A stretch of DNA of 62,945 bases, counting the filler, from Candidatus Tectimicrobiota bacterium (GTDB lineage Bacteria > JACPSX01): the NCBI GenBank assembly GCA_016193065.1. It is 6 parts of 6 records of this genome, joined end to end, with 100 filler letters (N's around TTAATTAATTAA, not from the genome) between each part and the next. Parts side by side here need not be neighbours in the genome. Positions count along the whole stretch, not along the records: positions 1 to 21,069 come from JACPSX010000001.1; 5 more parts are not named here. One strand, 5' to 3'. The position numbers were made by a program, and so were the translations under genes. Below the pieces are notes generated by a model. The model had not been told where the DNA came from. It did no database searches and was given only the letters and a program-made list of their open reading frames with translations. This document shows positions 1-7,360 of the stretch, in pieces. Each line of letters opens with the position of its first letter. Position 1 is the stretch's first letter.

Positions 1-1
1 G

Positions 2-397
2 ACGCTGACTACATACATCGCCGACACCCACAGCCTGGTCTGGTACCTGGGATCCCCACCGCGCCTGGGACCCTTTGCTCGACATGCCTTCGCAGAGGCG
101 GTTGCCAGTCGGGCAAGAATCATCATCCCGGTAATCGTCCTCGCCGAGATTATTTTCGCCGTCGAACGCGGAAAGATAAGGGCTGACGTTCCACAGCTCA
201 TCCACAGCATTCGGTCCGCCTCCTACTTCCGGGTCGTCCCTCTTCGATTGGTGACCATCCTCCGGCTTCAGACACTAACCGAGATTCCCGAGATGCATGA
301 CCGGATCCTGGTAGCTGAGACCCTCGCGCGGAAAGCCAGCCTCATCACGAGAGATCAAGCCATTACCAACTCCAGAATAGTCGCCACCGTTTGGTAG
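2..397 (+). CDS. PIN-domain (VapC-like) toxin, start at or beyond window edge
   Basis: Frame 2 reads YIADTHSLVWYL...VIVLAEI...EMHDRILVA...LITRDQAI to TAG at 395-397; typical PIN acidic motifs; not in ORF track. Confidence 0.85.
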   Translation, partial: TLTTYIADTHSLVWYLGSPPRLGPFARHAFAEAVASRARIIIPVIVLAEIIFAVERGKIRADVPQLIHSIRSASYFRVVPLRLVTILRLQTLTEIPEMHDRILVAETLARKASLITRDQAITNSRIVATVW

Positions 398-667
398 GCA
401 GCGCCGCGCCGAAAGGCCCTGGATCAAGTTGCGCTTTTCCATTCCCTGTGATTGCCTCCGCCGCCGGCGCGCCCCGTAGCCTGGTCTTCCCTCCTCCACG
501 CGGAATCCGATCCGCCTCCGCGGCGCTGAGGACGGCGATTCCATCAACCGTCTGACGGCCGTGACCAGTGAGCGGACCGCCTCGTCGTGACTGGCTACCT
601 TCCGCTCCAGCTCACCCAGTTTCGTGGCCACTTCCTTGTTCGCAGCCGTTATCTCACGAGGTCGCAT
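275..667 (-). pseudogene. C-terminal remnant of an ORF6N/KilA-N-type DNA-binding protein
   Basis: ANKEVATKLGELERKVASHDEAV...RRRIGF resembles the coiled-coil tail of ORF6N proteins; N-terminal domain absent. Confidence 0.55.
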
Positions 668-783
668 CGATTGGGAGGAAGAAAGAACACCCGAAGGTGT
701 GGGAAATCTCTTGGCGTAGGATCAGGAAGAGTTTACTCGAAAGATCGAGCCAGATCAAAGGAAATGAGGAGCAATTCATCCCA

Positions 784-818
784 CCCTCACCCTTGTCCTC
801 TCCCTCCAGGGAGAGGGA
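784..818. repeat. REP-like palindrome family CCCTCACCC...CCTCTCCC-N3/4-GGGAGAGG
   Basis: Related copies at ~2620-2652, 13776-13810, 34456-34490, 35326-35361 and 36474-36507. Confidence 0.75.
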
Positions 819-853
819 ATTCTTATCACCCCCACCTTGATCCTCCCCCCTCA

Positions 854-983
854 GAGACTGTGTCGCAAGTCCGTTCATGGTTCGACAGGCTCACCACGAA
901 CGGACAAGCAGCCCCCAATTCAATCAATTAGCCGTTCGTCCTGAGCTTGTCAAAGGGCGAGCGGCGGATTGCGACACAGTCTC
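854..983. mobile_element. MITE-like element with 15-bp terminal inverted repeats
   Basis: GAGACTGTGTCGCAA (854-868) and TTGCGACACAGTCTC (969-983); flanked by TCA/TCA; near-identical copy at 18255-18382. Confidence 0.7.
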
Positions 984-1057
984 TCAAGGGGGAGGAGTGA
1001 TGATTCGGAAATTCGGGGAACACCATAGGGAATTCTCCGTCGTCGGCATTTGGCCGC

Positions 1058-1147
1058 TCATTTGGTGCCTTGGGTGCGCAGCCGCTTGCGCACCCCGTAG
1101 CCCGGCCCTGCCTCTTCCAGGCGGAATGCCAGGTCAACATGAGGCAT
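1058..1147 (-). pseudogene. 29-codon chimeric remnant (Cas6/Cmx6-like N-terminus plus ORF6N-like tail)
   Basis: GGAGG RBS, ATG, MPHVDLAFRLEEAGPGYGVRKRLRTQGTK*; directly downstream of the promoter motif at 1173-1205. Confidence 0.45.
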
Positions 1148-1172
1148 GGTTTCCTCCGATCTGATGAATGCC

Positions 1173-1205
1173 ACCTTAACACCCCCCTGTGACATCCGGG
1201 GTCAC
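1173..1205 (-). promoter_or_regulatory. Putative WYL-activated promoter, copy 1
   Basis: Minus strand GTGACC-CCGGA-TGTCAC-N10-TAAGGT. Confidence 0.65.
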
Positions 1206-1222
1206 TTTGGACAAAGAAACAT

Positions 1223-1251
1223 TTGACAGAATCCTGTACACAATTTAAGCT
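1223..1251 (+). promoter_or_regulatory. sigma70 promoter of TA operon with TGTACA operator core
   Basis: TTGACA-N17-TAAGCT with TGTACA in the spacer; same layout at 36689-36717. Confidence 0.7.
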
Positions 1252-1278
1252 AATCATACAAAACTTCTGGAGGATTCA

Positions 1279-1560
1279 ATGCCCCTTTCTTCCAAGGACA
1301 TCATTCCGCTCACGCGGGCCCGTGCGAAGCTTTCCGAGCTGTGCGAGGAAGTTCGCCGGGAGCACGGGGAGAAGATCCTCACCAAGAACGGCGAGAGCTG
1401 CGCAGCCCTCATTGACCCGGAACGCCTCGACCACTACCACCGGCTCGAACGGGAGCACGTCCATCTGATACTCCTTGAGGAGGCCATTCGCGGCCTCGAG
1501 GATCTGAAGACCGGGAAAACGGTCACTCTCCGCAAGCTGAAAACCCGGTATGGCCGCTAG
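1279..1560 (+). CDS. Phd/YefM family antitoxin
   Basis: IIPLTRARAKLSELCEEV...ILTKNGESCAALI; GGAGG RBS; overlaps toxin start. Confidence 0.85.
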   Translation: MPLSSKDIIPLTRARAKLSELCEEVRREHGEKILTKNGESCAALIDPERLDHYHRLEREHVHLILLEEAIRGLEDLKTGKTVTLRKLKTRYGR

Positions 1561-1924
1561 GGCGCGGAAGCCCGTCTTCACCGAAAATTTCGTAAACAAT
1601 CTGGAGTCGATCCTCCTCTTCCTCGAACCGGAAGGAGCAGATGCCTTTCAGCATCTCCTGGCCCGCATTTCCGATGACATTGTGCCCACTCTCTGCCGGT
1701 TTCCGCAGTCCGGGCGCTCCTTTCTCGCCCATCCAGTTCGCTCCCTTGAGGCGCAGGCTCTGATCAAGCAGCTGAAGCGTCTCTTGAGAAAGGGCGATGA
1801 TCTGCGGGAATTTGTCCTCGATGATTATCTGATTCTCTACCTGCTGCGAGGGAACCAGGTCATCTTCCTTTCGATCAAGCATCACCGGCAACTGTCCTTC
1901 GATTTCCGAAACATCTGGCCTTGA
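1550..1924 (+). CDS. RelE/ParE family toxin
   Basis: 124 aa coupled to antitoxin; FPQSGR...LREFVLDDYLILY...LSIKHHRQ. Confidence 0.8.
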   Translation: MAARARKPVFTENFVNNLESILLFLEPEGADAFQHLLARISDDIVPTLCRFPQSGRSFLAHPVRSLEAQALIKQLKRLLRKGDDLREFVLDDYLILYLLRGNQVIFLSIKHHRQLSFDFRNIWP

Positions 1925-1997
1925 CGGACCGCTTTTCATTAGTTGCCTTATGATGTGCAACACGTACACTTTTTCTAATCCTCATCAGGAAGCGACC

Positions 1998-2264
1998 ATG
2001 AAAATTACGATCAGCGAGGCCCGCAAACGACTGCCCGAGCTGGTCCGCCAGGTCAAAAAGGACCGGGGCACCACGGTGCAAATCACGGTGCGCGACGAAG
2101 TGGTGGCCGAGCTCCGGGCGGCGCTGCCCGAGCCCGAGCCCGGGGCGGCGGCCCGGAAGCTGCTGGAAGTGATGGGGAAGCTGCCGAAGGCTCGGGGGTC
2201 TAAGACGGATATCTCTTCGCGCGTCAAGGAGCACCTCTACGGAGGGAGCCGCGGGAGCCGGTAA
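1998..2264 (+). CDS. Phd/YefM family antitoxin
   Basis: MKITISEARKRLPELVRQV...VQITVRDEVVAEL. Confidence 0.75.
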   Translation: MKITISEARKRLPELVRQVKKDRGTTVQITVRDEVVAELRAALPEPEPGAAARKLLEVMGKLPKARGSKTDISSRVKEHLYGGSRGSR

Positions 2265-2414
2265 CTTTACTCCCTCTCCGCTATTTTCGGATGTATCCGC
2301 CTCTCCTTTTGTGATGCGATTTCCTTTGTGGTGGTCACCACGCTTCTGGATCACGTGCCCTGCCTTGCCTTCGATGAGGATTTTCGGGCGTTGGGGCTGA
2401 CGGTTGTTGTCTAA
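2265..2414 (+). pseudogene. C-terminal remnant of a VapC/PIN toxin
   Basis: RLSFCDAISFVVV...CLAFDEDFRALGLTVVV*; no start and N-terminal half missing. Confidence 0.7.
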
Positions 2415-2432
2415 CAGTGTATTGAAGAATCG

Positions 2433-2590
2433 TCCGTTCCCTCTTCACTGTTCGCCCTTCGACAAGCTCAGGACGAACGGTTAATGCGTTGTCCTTCGCT
2501 CTTCGAGTCTCAGGAAGCTCATGGGGCTCAGGGCGAACGGGAGTCGAAGGACTCAGGATGAGCGGCAGAGTCGAAGGGCTCACCACGAAC
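2433..2590. repeat. Cluster of REP-like units (GTTCGACAAGCTCAGG/ACGAACGG type)
   Basis: Same units occur inside the 854-983 element and at ~34397-34425 and ~45998-46035. Confidence 0.65.
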
Positions 2591-2720
2591 GATCCAGCAG
2601 CAGCGCTGCCGGGTGTTCACCCTCACCCTTGCTCTCTCCCACAAGGGAGAGGAAGCCACTGGCAGACGACGGCCCGGAAACCAGAGCTTCGCCCCGTGAT
2701 TCCCAGAACCACTGCAGACC

Positions 2721-2753
2721 AGCCTACCCGTCCCCTGTGACAGATCAGGTCAC
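2721..2753 (-). promoter_or_regulatory. Putative WYL-activated promoter, copy 2 (at the 3' end of the WYL gene)
   Basis: Minus strand GTGACC-TGATC-TGTCAC-N10-TAGGCT. Confidence 0.65.
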
Positions 2754-3730
2754 AGAGGGAAACTATTAGGGAGAGGGGTTCTTGTTGTCATGTATCCGCG
2801 GGCGATTTTCCGAGCCTCTTCCTGCACCCTCTTCCCCAGGCTTTCCGGCTTGAGGACCCGGACGCCGCTGCCGAAGCTCAAAATCCAGCCCAGGAGCTCC
2901 CGGGTATCCGCCACCTGAAGGGACATCTTGAGGCGGCCGTCTTTCAGGAGAGTGAGCCGCTGGCTGTCGTGCCAGATCCGATCCTGGACCCAGGGAGCGG
3001 TGGACTTTGCAAAGACAAGTTCCACATCGATCCGCCGGCCCCGCATGATCACCAGAGCATCCCGCAGGTACGCCTCCAGATCAAACCCCAAGGGCATCTG
3101 GTATGGGTGGCTCGTTACAGTAAGGGAGCGGATGCGATCCACGGCAAAAGTCCGCACGTCCCTGCGGGTGTGGCAGTAGGCGATCAGGTAGAGGGCTCCC
3201 GCCATGTACCAGAGACGGTAGGGGTCCACTTCCCGGCGGGTGGTTTTGTTCCTTGAGGCGGTGTAGTAGCGCATCTGAACCGTCCGGGTCCGGTCAATGG
3301 CATGGGCGAGGCGGTCGATGGTCTCCCGATGCTCCCGGTAGGTCTTGTGGGGGCCGATCCCCACGGCAAACAGGTCTTGCATTTGCCGGACGTAGGTTAA
3401 CCCCGAGGGCGGCAGGGCCGCAGTGGCCTTGTTCAGGGCCGAATCCAGGGAAGCTTTGATCTCGGTCCCCTCCAGGGGTTTCAGGAGGTTGCGGCTAAAG
3501 ACCAGGGCCATGAGTTCCGTGGGGGAAAAGGCCAGAGGAAGGGCGCGTCGGTCGTTGACGAGGGGGAAGCCCGCGGCTTCCAAGGCCTCGAGGTCCCGGC
3601 GCAGGGTGCGAAGGTGTTTGGGAAAGTCATCCGGGAGGCTGTGCGCCAACTCCTGTAGCGTCGAGCCGCGGGGAGATTCCAGCCTCTGGAGTAGAAGCCA
3701 CTGGCGGATCACCTGGTCATTGCGGGGCAT
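2750..3730 (-). CDS. HTH-WYL-WCX transcriptional regulator (PafB/PafC-like)
   Basis: HTH RTLRRDLEALEAAGFP; WYL core REVDPYRLWYMAGALYLIAYCH...RTFAVDRI; WCX WILSFGSGVRVLKP; ATG at 3730. Confidence 0.9.
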   Translation of the reverse strand: MPRNDQVIRQWLLLQRLESPRGSTLQELAHSLPDDFPKHLRTLRRDLEALEAAGFPLVNDRRALPLAFSPTELMALVFSRNLLKPLEGTEIKASLDSALNKATAALPPSGLTYVRQMQDLFAVGIGPHKTYREHRETIDRLAHAIDRTRTVQMRYYTASRNKTTRREVDPYRLWYMAGALYLIAYCHTRRDVRTFAVDRIRSLTVTSHPYQMPLGFDLEAYLRDALVIMRGRRIDVELVFAKSTAPWVQDRIWHDSQRLTLLKDGRLKMSLQVADTRELLGWILSFGSGVRVLKPESLGKRVQEEARKIARGYMTTRTPLPNSFPL

Positions 3731-3938
3731 GAAGTCTGCCTCCAGCGAAGCCAAAAGGAACAAGGACGGGAAAGGGAAGATGGGCTCCGGAAGTGCTGTT
3801 TGTCCTTGTGAGATATGCCCAATATACAACGATTTGAGGAGAGATCGCAAGAAAGGCGGGCTTTCGGAGCGGTTTTTCCAAATTGAATTCACCCCGGGAA
3901 CTGTGTAAGTTAGGGCCAAAGGTGAGCGGAGGACGACA

Positions 3939-4346
3939 ATGGGAGCCGAAAGTCTGGATCTTTTGCGGGAGAAGTTGCAGCAGGATCCTTTTGCCCGCGC
4001 TCTGGGAATCCGTCTCCTCCTGTTGGAGAAAGGGCTGGCCCGACTGGAGATGCCCCTCGGGGAGCACACCCGGAATTTCCTGGGGATGACTCACGGGGCA
4101 GCGATCTTTGCGTTGGCCGATCAGGCATTTGCCGCCGCCTGCAACTCCCACGGGGAGCGCTCGGTGGCCTTCAACGTGACGATCAGCTTTCTGGCCCCTC
4201 CCCGGGGAGATCGGCTCGTGGCGGAGGCCCGGGAGTTGAGCAGGAGCAAAAATGTGGGGGTCTACCACATCCAAGTCAATGACGCTGATGGTTCCGCCGT
4301 GGCCGAGGTCCAGGGGCTGGCGTATCGCCGGTCGGAGCGCACCTGA
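3939..4346 (+). CDS. PaaI family hotdog-fold thioesterase
   Basis: NFLGMTHGAAIFALADQAFAAACNS motif; RBS GGAGG. Confidence 0.85.
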   Translation: MGAESLDLLREKLQQDPFARALGIRLLLLEKGLARLEMPLGEHTRNFLGMTHGAAIFALADQAFAAACNSHGERSVAFNVTISFLAPPRGDRLVAEARELSRSKNVGVYHIQVNDADGSAVAEVQGLAYRRSERT

Positions 4347-4409
4347 TTCCCGCCTGGATCGCCATGGGCCTCCGCCGTGATGTGCCGAGAGGTCAGCGAG
4401 GGATTGACA

Positions 4410-4964
4410 ATGAGAAGACAAAACGGGTGGCTGGTTTGTGCGGCTCTGTTTCTTGCTCTGGCAGGGCAGGGATGGCTGGCGACTCCCGTTGCCTCCTTCA
4501 CGGCTCAGGAGATCGTGTCCCTGAAACGAGCGGGGATCTCCGAAGAGGTGATCGCCCTCATGGTGGAGAAGCGCTCCGATGTCATGGGTCTGCTAAGCGC
4601 TCAAGACGCCTTGACCCTGAGGGCCGGCGGGGTCGGCGATCCCGTTTTGCGAGCGCTGCTCTCCCCGACACGGCAAGGGGGTTCACTGCAGAAGTTCCTG
4701 CCTGTCGAGGGGATCGTGCGCCTCAAGGAAGCCGGAGTCGGCGATGATCTTCTGCGCTACATACTTGACCGGTACCTGGAGATGAGCCGGGAGGAAGAGG
4801 CAGGGGTCTCCCGGGTCATCGTGGACCAATCGGGCCGCCGGGTCATCGTTTACGGAGATCGTGAACCCTCGCCTCGCTTGAAGGAGTTGGAAGAAAAGCT
4901 CAAGGAGTCCAGGGCCTGGGAGCTTTTGAAGACCATGGGCCTCATTGTGGACAAGAGGCCCTGA
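4410..4964 (+). CDS. Hypothetical exported protein
   Basis: Signal-peptide-like N-terminus; three repeats of an 'IxxLKxAGV/I' helical motif. Confidence 0.65.
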   Translation: MRRQNGWLVCAALFLALAGQGWLATPVASFTAQEIVSLKRAGISEEVIALMVEKRSDVMGLLSAQDALTLRAGGVGDPVLRALLSPTRQGGSLQKFLPVEGIVRLKEAGVGDDLLRYILDRYLEMSREEEAGVSRVIVDQSGRRVIVYGDREPSPRLKELEEKLKESRAWELLKTMGLIVDKRP

Positions 4965-4975
4965 GGGGAGCGGGG

Positions 4976-5953
4976 TTGGGAAAAGGAGACCTCCGTTTCG
5001 GGCTCATCGGCTTGGGGCGGCACGGCAGCCGCTATGCGCGCCACCTGCTGCATGATGTGGCCGGAGCGGTGTTAGGAGCTGTGTGCCGGCGGGACCGCGC
5101 CGCCGGGGAAGAATTCGCCGCAGCGCACGGGGTGCCGTTTTTTGAAGATTGGCGGGAGCTGATCTGGTCCCCCGTTGTCGATGCCGTTGCCGTGGTCACC
5201 CCGCCCGCGCTGTACCTGCCGATTTCTCAGGAGACGGCCCGGGCTGGGAAGCCCTTGCTTTTGGAAAAGCCTCTGGGAACCAGCCCACAGGAAGCTCGGG
5301 CCATTGTGCAGGCGGCTGCCGAGGCCCGCATTCCCCTCATGGTGGCACAGACCATGAGATTCAGCGAGGTGGTCCAGACCCTCCTGGCCCACAAGCCGTC
5401 CATCGGACCCGTTCACATGCTGGTTCTAAGCCAGCGCCTGGAGCCCTCTCCTCTCGCCTGGCTGGATGATCCCGCGGCGGCTGGAGGCGGGACCATACTT
5501 CACACCGGCATCCATCTCTTCGATCTGGTTCGCTATCTGATGGAGGACGAGGTGGCCCAGGTCTCGTGCGTTGCGAGCCGGGTGTTTTCCCGACACCTGG
5601 AAGATTCTTTTGCCGCCCTGTTTACTCTGCGGTCGGGCTCCGTCCTTTGCCACCTCGATTCCTGCCGCTTTGCCGGTGGGCGGACGGGACGCATTGAGCT
5701 GGTGGGTGAAAAAGGACAGTTGATGGGGGATCACATTCACAACTTTGCCTGTCGCGTTGAAGGACGCCAGACCACCCCGCTTCCGGTTCCTCCTCCCGTA
5801 AATACGGTGTGCGCAGCCCTTGAGGCCTTTACCTCCTGCTTGCAGAAAGGGAAAGAGCCTCCGATCTCCGGCCAGGACGGGCTGCGGGCCGTGGAGATTG
5901 CCTGGGCCTGCCAGCGCTCTGCTCAACTTGGAGAGACGGTCCACTTGCCCTGA
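4976..5953 (+). CDS. Gfo/Idh/MocA family oxidoreductase
   Basis: GLIGLGRHG Rossmann motif, LLEKPL, GGGTILHTGIHLFD. Confidence 0.9.
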   Translation: MGKGDLRFGLIGLGRHGSRYARHLLHDVAGAVLGAVCRRDRAAGEEFAAAHGVPFFEDWRELIWSPVVDAVAVVTPPALYLPISQETARAGKPLLLEKPLGTSPQEARAIVQAAAEARIPLMVAQTMRFSEVVQTLLAHKPSIGPVHMLVLSQRLEPSPLAWLDDPAAAGGGTILHTGIHLFDLVRYLMEDEVAQVSCVASRVFSRHLEDSFAALFTLRSGSVLCHLDSCRFAGGRTGRIELVGEKGQLMGDHIHNFACRVEGRQTTPLPVPPPVNTVCAALEAFTSCLQKGKEPPISGQDGLRAVEIAWACQRSAQLGETVHLP

Positions 5954-6081
5954 GCCCGGCACCCTCCGGGCGGACCCCGGTTCAGCCTTGGCCAAATGGG
6001 GATTGTATTTCTTCGGGAACTCTGTAAACTAGTTATCTGTCAAAGTAATAGCACTCGATGAAATCCGAGGTCTAATTGTCC

Positions 6082-7347
6082 ATGAGGTCCAGGAAGTTAA
6101 AAATCGCAGGGATTTTTTTGCTCATCGCGCTGGGCGCATTTGCTGGATACCGCCTGCTGCCTGTCCCCGGAACGAAGGCCGAGGAGCCCCGCCGGAGCCG
6201 GACCCAGGTCTTCCCGGTCCGCATCCAAAAAGTGTCCCCGGGGGACATAGAATACCGGCTCACGGCGACGGGGGACATCCTGGCGCTCATGCAGGTGGAC
6301 CTCCATCCCCGCGTCTCGGGATACCTGCAGTCCGTTCCGGTGCAGATCGGGATGCGGGTTGCCCAGGGACAGGTGATTGCCGTTGTGGATCAGGCCGAGA
6401 TCACGCAGAAGGTCAGAGAGGCCGAGGCGGTCTTGGCCAAGGCCAGAGCCCAGATGGCGGAGGTGCGGGCCGGAGCCCGGCCCGAGGAGCTGGCCCAGGC
6501 GGAAGAGAGCTGGCGCCAGACGAAATCCCGCCTGGAAAATGCCCGCATCAACCTGGAAAGAGTCCGCAGCCTGGTCAGAAACGGCTACGTGGCCCGCCAG
6601 GAGCTGGATAATGCACAACTGGCCTACGAGCTGGCGGAGGCCCAGTCGGTGGCCGCAACCAACCAGCTTGAGCTGGTTCGCAAGGGAGCGCGCGCCGAAG
6701 TCCGGGAAGCCATGGAGGCTCAGGTCAAACAAGCCGAGGCCACTCTCAACCAGCAGCGCCTCCAGTTGGAAAATACCGTGGTGCGGGCCCCGTTTTCCGG
6801 CAACATTTCCCGCCGCTTCGTCGATCCCGGAGCCCTGGTTTCGACTTCCACCCCGCTGGTCACGGTGGTCCACTCGGATACGGTCAAGGTTCTCGTCAAC
6901 ATTCTGGAAAAGGATCTCCCCCTGATCAAAGTCGGAGCGGCGATCTTCGTGCGCACGGACGCCTACCCCGACAAGGTGTTCCAAGGGCAGGTGGTGCGTC
7001 TCAACTCGGCTTTCGAGACGGCCAGCCGGACCCTGGTGGCCGAAGCCCACATCCAGAACCCGGGCGGAGCCCTCAAGCCCGGGATGTTTGCCCGGGTCGA
7101 GGTGCTCCTGGCCAGGAAATCGGCGGTCCTGCGGGTTCCCACGGATGCTCTCCTGAGGGATGAGGAGCGCAAGGCTACATTTCTCTACGTGGTGAACGGC
7201 GATAAGGTGTCGCGCAGGCCGGTGACGACCGGTCTTAGCCAGGATTCCGCCACGGAAGTGGTCTCCGGGCTTAAGGAAGGGGAGGCCGTTGTCACCGTGG
7301 GCCACCAGCGCCTGCGTGACGGGGCTTCCGTTCAGGTCATTCAGTAA
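6082..7347 (+). CDS. RND efflux periplasmic adaptor (MFP)
   Basis: N-terminal TM, biotinyl-lipoyl halves, long coiled coil, VRAPFSG, LKPGMFARV. Confidence 0.9.
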   Translation: MRSRKLKIAGIFLLIALGAFAGYRLLPVPGTKAEEPRRSRTQVFPVRIQKVSPGDIEYRLTATGDILALMQVDLHPRVSGYLQSVPVQIGMRVAQGQVIAVVDQAEITQKVREAEAVLAKARAQMAEVRAGARPEELAQAEESWRQTKSRLENARINLERVRSLVRNGYVARQELDNAQLAYELAEAQSVAATNQLELVRKGARAEVREAMEAQVKQAEATLNQQRLQLENTVVRAPFSGNISRRFVDPGALVSTSTPLVTVVHSDTVKVLVNILEKDLPLIKVGAAIFVRTDAYPDKVFQGQVVRLNSAFETASRTLVAEAHIQNPGGALKPGMFARVEVLLARKSAVLRVPTDALLRDEERKATFLYVVNGDKVSRRPVTTGLSQDSATEVVSGLKEGEAVVTVGHQRLRDGASVQVIQ

Positions 7348-7360
7348 GTAAAGGAACAGC

